Assembly (NCBI GenBank): GCA_964457085.1
Contig: CAYWDM010000005.1
Location: 12,065-76,064, forward strand
DNA: 64,000 nucleotides
Direction of reading: 5' to 3'
Source of the DNA: an uncultured Pseudomonadales bacterium
GTDB lineage: Bacteria; Patescibacteriota; Microgenomatia; UBA1400; PJMF01
Part shown: one piece after another, positions 55,278-64,000 of the stretch
Layout of the letters: every line of letters begins with the position of its first letter
Numbering within the stretch: position 1 is the first letter of the stretch
Program-made: the position numbers and the translations under genes
Notes under the pieces: generated by a model
Seen by the model: the letters and a program-made list of their open reading frames with translations, nothing else
Database searches by the model: none
What the model was told of the DNA's origin: nothing

Positions 55278-56987
55278 TTAGGCGCCGGTATTCACCTGTG
55301 TTGGTTTGGCTACTTGATGTTTCTCTTTCTTGTCTTCTAAGAAAGCACTAAACATCTTTGCTGGGTCTTCAGCATCAAGTATGCGACCTTCTTTTGTACG
55401 ATCAATAGTTTTACGCATTGATTGACCACGGTCGTAACCAACTTTGCCCCATCTCTTGACACCACCTCGAAGAATTGAGTTGCCATCTCTATCTTGAGAA
55501 TATGGTGACTCACCAGTTTTTGCAGCTCTACCAAGGTCTCTCCAGTTGAATGCTTTGCTGAAGTTCTTTGTTTTGCGTGCGTCGTTGAGATAATTACCAG
55601 CACCATATAGTCCACCTGCAGCTCCGCCAGCCATGCCTCCAAGTACTGGCAATGCAACCTCACCCTGGCCCCAGTTCTTAACCATTGAATTGCCGAGCTG
55701 CTCAAAGACACTACCTTTAACGCCCACAGCTTTTTTCATTTCCACGATCAACTCTGGCATGATCAAAATAATACCGACGCCGACAAGAGTACTAATAGTT
55801 CCTGCTACGCCACGACCAATTAAAAATGGAGGTAAAAATCCACCTGTATCAAGTTGTGTGGCAGCGAACATTCTATAAATAATGATGATTAACAAGGTAG
55901 TTGGGAAGGCCAATAAATTACCGGTGAGGTTTACGATCCACTCTTTAAATGCATTGTGTCCTGGCAATGCACCCATCATTAAAATCAGAGGTGCAAAAGC
56001 AATGCTCAGAACAATAGTGATGTAGGTTTTGAGTAGTTCAAAAAAGAGCTTGAAGACTGCAATCAGTACCGCAACTGCCATGATAACTGCAGCCGTTAGA
56101 CCTGAAAGCCAACCGATAGCATCGCCAATACCATCCATGTTGATTGCGGCTTTAACCACATCATCAACATTGTCCCAAACAGCGGTGGTGGCTTTAACTC
56201 CGGCTCCATTTTGACCAGATAATACACTCCATCCAAGGTCAAAAATACTGTATTGCATGATGTCTTGAGCACTTGAGGCAGAGAACATGCCTACCAGCAG
56301 ATACATTACTAAATACATTAAATCGATCATTAAGCCAGCAATAGCATAGGAAAAGGTAACAAAAATTAGTGAAACCACAATATTTGGAATTGCCTGCTGC
56401 ATGGTAACCGCAGTTTGGCCGATTTTTTGACGGAACATGATCATGAAACCAATGACGAGAAACAAAATCACAAAAATGAGGTAGGCGAGGTTGCGAAATA
56501 ACTTCCAGACTTCGAGCACTGGATCTAGAGCTGCAAAGCCTAAGCCTTGAGCCTGTGCTTGTGGAATGATGTGAGCTGTATTTAATAAATCAGCCACATA
56601 CGTAACTGAGCTAGCTGGTGGAGTGTATAAAGCTACGATACCTTCCGTAAATGAGCCGAGGGCACCGCCTTTGCCATATCGAGCAACCATTCGAGCTCGA
56701 TCTTCTGGAGGTAATGCAGCCAAGCCACTTTTGCTTGGCCCTAACATATGGAGAATTCCTACTGATGCATTGTCAATATATAGTGATCCTGCAAGGTGTC
56801 GAAGATTGGCAAATCCTTTTTCACCTTCGTTCTCGGCGTCTAATTGGGCATCAGAGTTTTTGTTGGCGTCATTTTTGCCAAACCAATCATCCCAAATTGA
56901 AGCATGTGCCGATGTTGGTGCCGCCAAGAATAAAATAGTGGTGAATACTACGATGGTTAAAAAATGGAATAACCTTGTCCGGCGCAT
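55278..56987 (-). CDS. VirB6/TrbL-like polytopic membrane protein
   Basis: Signal peptide (AHA), 'WKLFRNLAYLIFVILFLVIGFMIMFR', 'LIFVTFSYAIAGLMID', 'IAFAPLILMMGALPG', Gly-rich basic C-tail; near virB4/prgI. Confidence 0.7.
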   Translation of the reverse strand: MRRTRLFHFLTIVVFTTILFLAAPTSAHASIWDDWFGKNDANKNSDAQLDAENEGEKGFANLRHLAGSLYIDNASVGILHMLGPSKSGLAALPPEDRARMVARYGKGGALGSFTEGIVALYTPPASSVTYVADLLNTAHIIPQAQAQGLGFAALDPVLEVWKLFRNLAYLIFVILFLVIGFMIMFRQKIGQTAVTMQQAIPNIVVSLIFVTFSYAIAGLMIDLMYLVMYLLVGMFSASSAQDIMQYSIFDLGWSVLSGQNGAGVKATTAVWDNVDDVVKAAINMDGIGDAIGWLSGLTAAVIMAVAVLIAVFKLFFELLKTYITIVLSIAFAPLILMMGALPGHNAFKEWIVNLTGNLLAFPTTLLIIIIYRMFAATQLDTGGFLPPFLIGRGVAGTISTLVGVGIILIMPELIVEMKKAVGVKGSVFEQLGNSMVKNWGQGEVALPVLGGMAGGAAGGLYGAGNYLNDARKTKNFSKAFNWRDLGRAAKTGESPYSQDRDGNSILRGGVKRWGKVGYDRGQSMRKTIDRTKEGRILDAEDPAKMFSAFLEDKKEKHQVAKPTQVNTGA

Positions 56988-57132
56988 ACATATATTCTAT
57001 CTGATCAATGTCCACACAGCAATCCGATGTTGCTATTAGATTTAAGCTAACCTTGCACTTTGGTGCGGTTTCCAGTACAAATAAATCAAACTAGTACGAA
57101 AGTTGCCTTAGTAGCACTTTTTTAACCACTTT

Positions 57133-57960
57133 ATGACGGAAGAGCTAGAGCGTTTAGCTCAATTATTACAACCTGCTAAAACTGTCCTAATCATAGTGGG
57201 TGAGTCTGCAAATTTTGAACAGTTGGCAACTGCATTGGCCTTGACCCAGACAATACAATCCGCAGGCAAAGAAGTGCAGGTTTGTTGTCCTGTCTTGCCG
57301 ACTCAATTACAGATTGTTCCTGAACATTTAGCCTTGATTTCAAGACTTGAGTTGGTTTCAAACTCACTTGGCAAACAAAATTTGATTATTAGCTTTGATT
57401 ACGTGGAGTCTGCTGTAGACAAAGTGAGCTATGCGATTAGTCAAGACAATAAGAAATTCTTTCTCACTATAAAACCACAGGCTGGTGCTAAACCACTAAA
57501 TGCAGAGTCAATTGGTTTTGAATATGCCGGAACTTCAGCCGATTTGATTTTCTTGTTGGGAGTTCACGACTTATCCAGTTTAAGACAACTGTATTTTGGA
57601 TATGAAGAAATGTACGTCAACACACCTATTATTACTATCAACAATTCAAAACCAGATTTCAGCCATATTCACTTCAATGTTGCGGACGTAAGTTGCTATG
57701 CCGAGATGGCAACCATGATGCTTGGCGGATTACAACTCGATATTGCGGGAGAGTCCGCAACTTTATTGTATGCAGGCATGGCATTGGCCACCAAATCATT
57801 TTCAGCTGCAAAAGTACAAGCCAATTCATTTGAGATTGCAGCTGAGCTGCTTCGACGTGGTGCAAGACGACCAAAAGAGCTGCAGTTAATACAGTCAAAC
57901 AATCAAACTCCGAACAACTCAGGCAAAAAAGACTACAAAAATAATTCGAGACAGAAATAA
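57133..57960 (+). CDS. DHH/NrnA-like N-terminal domain protein lacking canonical metal ligands
   Basis: Layout 'KTVLII....ATALAL......GKEV', 'DLIFLLG', 'IITINNS' (cf. IDHH), 'SCYAEM', 'ATLLYAGM...T.SF', 'AAELLRRGA'. Confidence 0.7.
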   Translation: MTEELERLAQLLQPAKTVLIIVGESANFEQLATALALTQTIQSAGKEVQVCCPVLPTQLQIVPEHLALISRLELVSNSLGKQNLIISFDYVESAVDKVSYAISQDNKKFFLTIKPQAGAKPLNAESIGFEYAGTSADLIFLLGVHDLSSLRQLYFGYEEMYVNTPIITINNSKPDFSHIHFNVADVSCYAEMATMMLGGLQLDIAGESATLLYAGMALATKSFSAAKVQANSFEIAAELLRRGARRPKELQLIQSNNQTPNNSGKKDYKNNSRQK

Positions 57961-57996
57961 ACCCATTCTGGGATTTTCTAGAAATTTCTTCGCAAG

Positions 57997-60687
57997 CTAT
58001 TTAGCTGCTGCACCAGATTCATTGAGTAGAATGGCAGTGGTAATTGAGCCAGGGCGTTCATACTTAGGATATTTTCTGCCTTCAGCGAGTGACTGACAAA
58101 TTGTTGAATTGGAATAGCAATATGAGGCGGCACTAGTCATCAGTTGCTCGATTCGTTCATCTGTCAGCCCGTACGTGGCTTTATAACTTTCAAGCTTGGC
58201 TCTGAGTTGTTCCATTTCAGTTACATTTGGATCAATATTGCAGCTGAATTCAACAAAATCCAAACAATAAATCAAGTCCATATCGCTATGACGTTCATCA
58301 ATCCAACCGAGTGGATGGGGATGATCTTCTGATTGGAATTGGGCTGGGCATTTACCACCTCCACGCCATCTTGTTGGTCGCTGTTGACCACTGAGATCAC
58401 TACTACAATTCATGTTGCCTGGTCCGTTGAAGCCGCCGATGGCAATGGTGAGGTCCTGGTATGAGATGCTGTCTTTATTAAATCCTCCCGGCCAAAATGA
58501 CTTCAAATGTTCCATGGCTGCTTTAGCATCTTCTTTTAGTGCGCCTCGAAGTGCACCGCCATCAAACACAGATTGACTCGGGTCATTTGCACCCTCAGTC
58601 CAGTGAATACCCGCTACTACTTCACAAGGAATTCCAGTTTCTTTTTCTGCATATTCATATGCTTCGATGTCCGATTCAGTGATTCCAGGTTCAATTTCTG
58701 AATCATAAACACCCTTAGCATATTGGGGAATGCCACTACTTGGTGGTAATCCAGTGATTTTCTTAAAGGCTTCGCCTGTACACTTAGGTGTTTCTTCTTC
58801 ACCGTTTGGTTCAATTTGACACCGACCGAGGAATAGATCTTCGGTACGAGTACATTTAATCTGCAAATGCGGCTGGCGAACTGTTTCTTGTAGCTTGCGG
58901 ATCATCCAGCCTAGTCTTGCCCCCAAAATTCTAAATTGTTCTTGACCTTCTGGTGAAATTGATGCTCCAAATCGTTTGGTTGGATATTTACAGACCCAAA
59001 TACCCAGCCTGTTATATTCACACACTGGTGGGGCAGTGTAGTCAGTATATGTATGTTGCGGTGTGCTTGTTTTAAAGAAAGCTATTGATTCTTTAATTGG
59101 ATAATATTCTGGCACTCCTAATTTATTTTCATAATCAACCATGACGTTTTTTGCTTCCATGGCTTCATACGCACCTGGCTGGAATAAGGCTTTCAGAGTA
59201 CTCTCGACATATTTGAGATCTGTTCCAAGTGGTACGACTAGATGTGCAACCACACGCATTGTTTGACCACTCACATTTCGATAGGCTTCAGATTCTTCAA
59301 CCACTACCTCCCAATCAAAGACAAATCTACGATCCGAAGGTATGACATATGGGAAATAGGGGGCAATTGGCAGCCGATTGTCGCCATTAATTAATCCAGG
59401 TGAACCAATGTCACCGGCATTTTCGAGTGGCATATACGACTCGCCGCAGGCATTGCCAATTCCATTGATAATATCTATGACGGCACGTTGTAGAATTTCT
59501 TCTGGACCCGAGCGACAAGGGTAGAGGGCACAGTATTTGAGGATTGGAAACTCATATCTTTTGGCTTTTATTGCAGCCATGTATCCAGTCCTAACTTCTT
59601 TCGAATCTTTGTCGATAACTTTAATTTGTTCTGGATCCCAATGCAGATCGTTGAGGATTTTGGAAGTATCTTTGAACTTTGACATCAGTGCCGACTTGTT
59701 GGTGGCAAAATCTGGAATCTTGAATGCAACCACAATTGGAGCATCAAGAGTGGCATTAATATCCTCTGGTTGTTTGCGGAACCAGAAAACATCATCAAAA
59801 CCTTCGAGGTCTTCATCACGGTTTTGTCTAATTGAGACAACCAAGAAGCCTGTTCTATAGAGCAAGTTTTGGTCAATACTATAGTGATTAAGTGCATCGC
59901 TCCATCCTGCCAGATCTGCCTTATTGGAAAATCCCATTCGTTCTTTATGGATAGCGGGGTCGTATGCTTTAACAAACTCGCCGCAAAAAGCCGCATTGTC
60001 GTTGAATTTCTCGCGAGCACCATTCATTACCTTCATCAAATCTGTCATGTGGATTCCAGGGCTTTCAGGGATTTTGACATTGATGGCGCAATTAGATCTA
60101 CATCCCAGTTTTTCCATCACTGCCCACATCTCATTCATGGTTTTAACTTTGAGATTGCACTGGACTTCAGGGTTTAGTAGCTGATACACAGCACCTCGAC
60201 TATTGGTTTCGTCTGGTGGCAATTCTGGATTTACCACGCCAACCAATCCTTCCAGTGATGAGATTTTATTGGTGATGCTGGTATCTTCGTCACCTCTCAT
60301 CATGGCAATACGAGAGTTGGTCATATCAACTGTATATGGATCTTTATAGCCTCGCAGATACACCGGCCCTTTGTAGTTTTTAGGATCAAGGTATTTTTGG
60401 ACATCTCCAAACACACTCGGAGCCATGTGCCACTGAGGGGCTGCACAGTGGACCTCATATCCTTGATCTTGCACTAGGTTGGCAACCAACACATCCTGCA
60501 GACTATTTGGGTCATCAAGCGTGAGTTCTGGCCTCATGATCAGAGGCAAAAAGTTGTATTTTTCAGCATCACGAGTTGGCCATGGTTCTGTTTCGGCAAA
60601 AGTTGTGGAAGTGGTTGCCACGCACAACAAAAACAACCAAATGCTGATTTTGAAAATAACACTGGTCAGTCGACTAGTGAGGTGCAC
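57997..60687 (-). CDS. Large secreted Cys-rich protein with C-terminal lysozyme/lytic-transglycosylase-like segment
   Basis: Signal peptide (TFA-E); 'YEYAEKETGIPCEVVAGIHWTEG' resembles SLT motif I; 'IGGFNG'. GTG 60687 is 6 nt below TATAAT. Confidence 0.6.
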   Translation of the reverse strand: MHLTSRLTSVIFKISIWLFLLCVATTSTTFAETEPWPTRDAEKYNFLPLIMRPELTLDDPNSLQDVLVANLVQDQGYEVHCAAPQWHMAPSVFGDVQKYLDPKNYKGPVYLRGYKDPYTVDMTNSRIAMMRGDEDTSITNKISSLEGLVGVVNPELPPDETNSRGAVYQLLNPEVQCNLKVKTMNEMWAVMEKLGCRSNCAINVKIPESPGIHMTDLMKVMNGAREKFNDNAAFCGEFVKAYDPAIHKERMGFSNKADLAGWSDALNHYSIDQNLLYRTGFLVVSIRQNRDEDLEGFDDVFWFRKQPEDINATLDAPIVVAFKIPDFATNKSALMSKFKDTSKILNDLHWDPEQIKVIDKDSKEVRTGYMAAIKAKRYEFPILKYCALYPCRSGPEEILQRAVIDIINGIGNACGESYMPLENAGDIGSPGLINGDNRLPIAPYFPYVIPSDRRFVFDWEVVVEESEAYRNVSGQTMRVVAHLVVPLGTDLKYVESTLKALFQPGAYEAMEAKNVMVDYENKLGVPEYYPIKESIAFFKTSTPQHTYTDYTAPPVCEYNRLGIWVCKYPTKRFGASISPEGQEQFRILGARLGWMIRKLQETVRQPHLQIKCTRTEDLFLGRCQIEPNGEEETPKCTGEAFKKITGLPPSSGIPQYAKGVYDSEIEPGITESDIEAYEYAEKETGIPCEVVAGIHWTEGANDPSQSVFDGGALRGALKEDAKAAMEHLKSFWPGGFNKDSISYQDLTIAIGGFNGPGNMNCSSDLSGQQRPTRWRGGGKCPAQFQSEDHPHPLGWIDERHSDMDLIYCLDFVEFSCNIDPNVTEMEQLRAKLESYKATYGLTDERIEQLMTSAASYCYSNSTICQSLAEGRKYPKYERPGSITTAILLNESGAAAK

Positions 60688-60759
60688 CCAATTATTATAC
60701 AAGAGAAGCAGTGACAGGAGAATTGGCGGTGCGAGAAAAGCTGGACGGGAAAAACTACA

Positions 60760-61110
60760 TTAATACCCTAAGATATCAATTCCAAAGACTTGTTCCACTA
60801 TTTGAGCAATCCAGTACGAAGCGAATAACAATATAAAGCCAACAAGTGCTGCGGTGACACGTTGCTTGCCGGAGTCAACTGATTTTTTTCCTGCCGCACC
60901 AATCATCATTTCGGCTCCACCAGCAACCAACATTACAAAGAGAATCATTCCCGCGATTGGGAATAAGTAGGCAAGTAAGCGATTTATGATGCCCTCTGGA
61001 GTAGAAAGTTCGACTGTAGCAGTCGAATTAGCAAGTTTGAGTGGATTGAGTTCGTCCAATGTTTGTTTGGTAACTTTTTCAAATCCAGAAAGACTAGCGA
61101 GTAGTGACAT
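60760..61110 (-). CDS. TrbC/VirB2-like pilin 8
   Basis: 'AGMILFVMLVAGG.......KKSVDSGKQRVTAALVGFILLFASYWI'; ATG 61110 lies just after the upstream stop. Confidence 0.75.
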   Translation of the reverse strand: MSLLASLSGFEKVTKQTLDELNPLKLANSTATVELSTPEGIINRLLAYLFPIAGMILFVMLVAGGAEMMIGAAGKKSVDSGKQRVTAALVGFILLFASYWIAQIVEQVFGIDILGY

Positions 61111-61111
61111 A

Positions 61112-62302
61112 TTAAGTATCTCCAAATCCAGGAATTCTAAAAATGCTGACACCAATAAATTGCAACATAGTTATAGACATAATGATGAATATGAGTCCAA
61201 TGACAGCTGAAGTAATCATTTCTCGACCTTCATCAGTTTTCTTGGCGTCTCCTTGTGAAGTGCTAATGGTAAAGCTGGCTGCCAAGATCATTAATAGTGC
61301 CACGCCACCGGCAACGCCCATACCTACTCGAATCACCACCACGACGATACTCTGAGGATCATTCTCAATACAGCCTACAGCTGTCCAGATACCCAGGGGA
61401 ATTTCTGGTGCGGGTGGTATCCCAGATCCATTTACATTTTGCCCAGCAACACAGCGTGCACATTTACCATATGCCTCTGAATCTTCTGGAATTTGTGCAC
61501 AGATGTCAAAAGTGGTGTCTGATGTGGGGGTAGTTCGAGCTGCGTCGTCACAAGCCTGGATTAAATCAAATTCTTTGGTGCAGAGTATGTCACCACTGCC
61601 AAGAAATTCGCCGTCACTGACTTCGATTGTTAATGTGTCGCCGACTCGAGTTTCTACTGGTGTGAAGGTGATGTCTGGAATCACACCGTTCACAGCATCT
61701 TCGTTATATTGAAACGCATCTTGGCTGTTTTTGACGTGAATTTTTTGGTTGGCTAAGCCACCATTGATGAAAATATTTGAAACGTGGATAGTCAGTTTAC
61801 CACTTTCAAAATCAATGCAGTAGGTATCGCTGAAGCCTCCTTGATCCACAGAAATATTACAGCTATCACTAGATTCAATTTGAAATTGACCAACCTCGCA
61901 CCAATCTCCTGATGCTGTATCTTGAATTTTAATGTCGTATGAGCCAGAAATGTTGGTGCTGGGGGGTGCTGCTGAAAATGTACCAGTGCGTTCTCCAGAT
62001 ACATTTCCAATGAAAATCGGGTTGCCTTGGTTACCTAGTACGTTGTATCGCTGTAGTGCAATTTTATAATTTTTCGTCGTCACGAACCCATCTAGCTTAA
62101 AGGTAAATGAGCCTCCACCCTGGATAGAAGTGGGTGGAGCGGCTCCAAAAAAGTTAATACCCCAATTGTCTTGACAGGATTGGGCTGCTGCTGCAGATGC
62201 CTGCTGAGCAAATAGTGACAAAAATCCAACGCCGCCTAACACAATTGCTAACAGCACGTTGCCAAATTTAGTCATCTGTCTTTTTAAGACTATTGATTGC
62301 AC
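61112..62302 (-). CDS. Pilin 9: large Cys-containing extracellular beta domain fused to a C-terminal TrbC/VirB2-like core
   Basis: Signal peptide, about 270-aa beta-rich region, then 'IWTAVGCI...GGVALLMIL....TSQGDAKK.DEGREMITSAVIGLIFII'. GTG 62302 is 6 nt below TACAAT. Confidence 0.75.
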   Translation of the reverse strand: MQSIVLKRQMTKFGNVLLAIVLGGVGFLSLFAQQASAAAAQSCQDNWGINFFGAAPPTSIQGGGSFTFKLDGFVTTKNYKIALQRYNVLGNQGNPIFIGNVSGERTGTFSAAPPSTNISGSYDIKIQDTASGDWCEVGQFQIESSDSCNISVDQGGFSDTYCIDFESGKLTIHVSNIFINGGLANQKIHVKNSQDAFQYNEDAVNGVIPDITFTPVETRVGDTLTIEVSDGEFLGSGDILCTKEFDLIQACDDAARTTPTSDTTFDICAQIPEDSEAYGKCARCVAGQNVNGSGIPPAPEIPLGIWTAVGCIENDPQSIVVVVIRVGMGVAGGVALLMILAASFTISTSQGDAKKTDEGREMITSAVIGLIFIIMSITMLQFIGVSIFRIPGFGDT

Positions 62303-62357
62303 AGGCGTATTGTACTAAATTTTATCTGATGTGGTAAGAATTCGTTTTTAAACGAAA

Positions 62358-62387
62358 TCGTCCGTCCAGGTTTCCCGGGACGGACGA
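62358..62387 (-). terminator. GC-rich hairpin/terminator after the 62401 gene
   Basis: TCGTCCGTCC-N10-GGACGGACGA, followed on - by TTTCGTTT. Confidence 0.7.
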
Positions 62388-62400
62388 AGATTTACAAGTT

Positions 62401-62808
62401 CTACTTGCCAGAAAACAACCGCTTCGCATAGAAGAGGCCTGGCAACCAGAACAAGATGCCCATCAGGTCTACGCTGCTCCAACTAGTGAGCAGATAGAAC
62501 CCAGTGGGGTTTTTGATCGCGGAAAAAACCACCATAGCCGCGAACCACAGCCACCACCAATTGTTCTTCATCAGTCTGGAGTTCAAATACATGATGAACA
62601 CAAAGGGCCAAATAAAGATGATCGCAATGAGTGGATGAGGGCTGGGACCCATGATGCGCTGCGATATCAGACCGATAATCGCAAACACCAATAAGATTCC
62701 ATTCCTGAGGCGGATGTCGAGTCCGTTCCAGAACTTCCAGAAACTCGCTCTCAGCGGATCGGTGGATTTTTTTAAGGAACTAAAAAAGGAACTAACAGCA
62801 GTTTTCAC
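62401..62808 (-). CDS. Hypothetical Trp-rich four-TM membrane protein
   Basis: GGAGG SD before GTG 62808; four hydrophobic segments; own terminator. Confidence 0.7.
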   Translation of the reverse strand: MKTAVSSFFSSLKKSTDPLRASFWKFWNGLDIRLRNGILLVFAIIGLISQRIMGPSPHPLIAIIFIWPFVFIMYLNSRLMKNNWWWLWFAAMVVFSAIKNPTGFYLLTSWSSVDLMGILFWLPGLFYAKRLFSGK

Positions 62809-62982
62809 AGTGACCTCCAAGTCAAATCAGTGGGTTACGTTTGGAGAGTCCAACTCGCATTGAACTCATGTATTCATACTAGCACAAACCATCTCAATAG
62901 TCAAACATTATAGGCCTCTTAGAAGCCTATAAATCAAGATAAGTGGGGGCATTTTGGACAACTTTCCGCTATACTAGTTAAG

Positions 62983-64000
62983 ATGAGAATGTCTCGTTTT
63001 GTCATCAGGTGGTTGATAGCTTGTTTGGTGCTGGTTGCATTTGGTTTTTGGGGCATACTCACTGACTTTCAGGTTTTTGCTGTTGATCCAGTTGATGATC
63101 TGCAATCACAGATTAATGAGTTGGAAAAACTAAAGAAAATGAGCACCGATGCCACCAAGCCACTGGAGAAAGAGCTGGCGGGTTTGGAGCAGAAAATCAG
63201 AAATGCTCAAAATGGCATCATCGCTGCTAAGACACAAGTTGAGCAAGTAAGTGTTGATATTAAAAAACGAGAAGAAGATTTGGCGATACAGTATGTGATG
63301 TTTTCCAGTCGGATTGCTGCCTCATATCGTCGTTCACGAACCTATTCACCATTTTTGTTGTTTTTAAATACTGGCAGTGCAGCACAACTAACCAAAGATT
63401 TGGCATACCAGACTTCAGTACAAGCTCAAGACAACAAATTAATTCGTGGTATTGGTGAAGAGATTGGTAGTCTGCAAAAAGACAAGCAAAAACTTGAGCA
63501 AGATCAGATTCGTTTAGCTAAATTGCAGTCACAACTAGATGGTCAGGCTCAGTTTTTCCGCAAGGAAATTGAAGGTGCTAAAGCCTACCAAAAGGATCTT
63601 TCAGGTAAGATTGCCGATCTATCAGCCAAACAGCAGTCGATTATTAATGCTCGTTCAGGTACAGCAATTACTTCAGTGGGCGAGGTGCCACTTGCTGATG
63701 ATTTTAACGCTTCTATCGGTTTTAAATCACAAGCACCTGGCAATAGTTTTGCACTGTTTAGTTTTGGTGGCTACACTCATCGTAACGGTATGAGTCAGTA
63801 CGGTGCTAATGCTCGTGCCAAGGATGGCCAGTCTGTTGAAGATATTCTGAAAGCATATTACCCCAATGCGTCGATCAAAAAAGATTTTTCGGCAATGGGT
63901 AGTATTAACGTTCAAGGCACCGGCACAATTTCATTCGAGGATCAATATCTGCAGGGTATCTATGAAATGCCAGCTAGCTGGCATATTAATGCACTCAAGG
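62983..64000 (+). CDS. SpoIID/LytB-domain protein with N-terminal coiled coil, 3'-truncated by the window edge (absent from the ORF track)
   Basis: Own translation: MRMSRFVIRWLIACLVLVAFGFWG..., coiled coil 'DDLQSQINELEKLKK', then 'THRNGMSQYGANARA....EDILKAYYP' and 'QYLQGIYEMPASW..NALK'. TATACT 7 nt above the ATG. Confidence 0.85.
   Translation, partial: MRMSRFVIRWLIACLVLVAFGFWGILTDFQVFAVDPVDDLQSQINELEKLKKMSTDATKPLEKELAGLEQKIRNAQNGIIAAKTQVEQVSVDIKKREEDLAIQYVMFSSRIAASYRRSRTYSPFLLFLNTGSAAQLTKDLAYQTSVQAQDNKLIRGIGEEIGSLQKDKQKLEQDQIRLAKLQSQLDGQAQFFRKEIEGAKAYQKDLSGKIADLSAKQQSIINARSGTAITSVGEVPLADDFNASIGFKSQAPGNSFALFSFGGYTHRNGMSQYGANARAKDGQSVEDILKAYYPNASIKKDFSAMGSINVQGTGTISFEDQYLQGIYEMPASWHINALK

Noticed and set aside
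40230-62302. Integrative conjugative element or prophage
   Set aside because: No integrase, relaxase, att repeats or phage structural genes; components are interleaved with core genes and abut dnaA.
63539-63915. Short ORFs 63539-63793 (+) and 63727-63915 (-)
   Set aside because: They lie out of frame or antisense within the SpoIID/LytB gene that starts at 62983 and runs off the window.
1-64000. CRISPR array, tRNA, rRNA, IS elements, reverse transcriptase/DGR
   Set aside because: No regularly spaced repeats, cloverleaf, rRNA-like tract, transposase or RT motifs were seen by eye. The pilin repeat differences are synonymous and not adenine-specific, so it is not a DGR TR/VR pair.
1-64000. Alternative genetic code (TGA read as Gly, as in Gracilibacteria/Absconditabacteria)
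   Set aside because: Conserved genes are full length under code 11, and TGA ends genes such as rnpA and uppS at the expected positions.

Overview
Origin-of-replication region of a small-genome bacterium, most likely Patescibacteria/CPR (Microgenomates-like gene content; standard code, since TGA acts as a stop). The window centres on dnaA-oriC-dnaN followed co-directionally by rpmH-rnpA-yidD-yidC-jag-rnhA. oriC shows DnaA boxes, six DnaA-trios and an AT-rich unwinding element. Spread around the origin is a chromosomal type IV secretion-like system with no relaxase or integrase in view: VirB4, a PrgI-like protein, a VirB6-like protein, a VirD4-like ATPase, nine TrbC/VirB2-like pilins (a 7-gene tandem array plus two more) and three candidate wall-lytic proteins (giant M23 protein, lysozyme-like protein, SpoIID/LytB). 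Other genes include MacAB-type ABC genes, a ferric reductase, isoprenoid genes (IPK, idi, uppS), an Lgt-DUF192 fusion, an ATP-dependent DNA ligase, Fic, nnrD, recF, an ECF sigma factor, valS and rplY. Signals the ORF track misses: a cobalamin-riboswitch-like four-way-junction RNA in the leader of an unknown 605-aa Cys-cluster protein inside the T4SS locus, widespread leaderless genes (-10 box 6-8 nt before the start codon), and a 98-nt near-identical core shared by two pilin genes. All product calls rest on motif recognition by eye; no searches were run.
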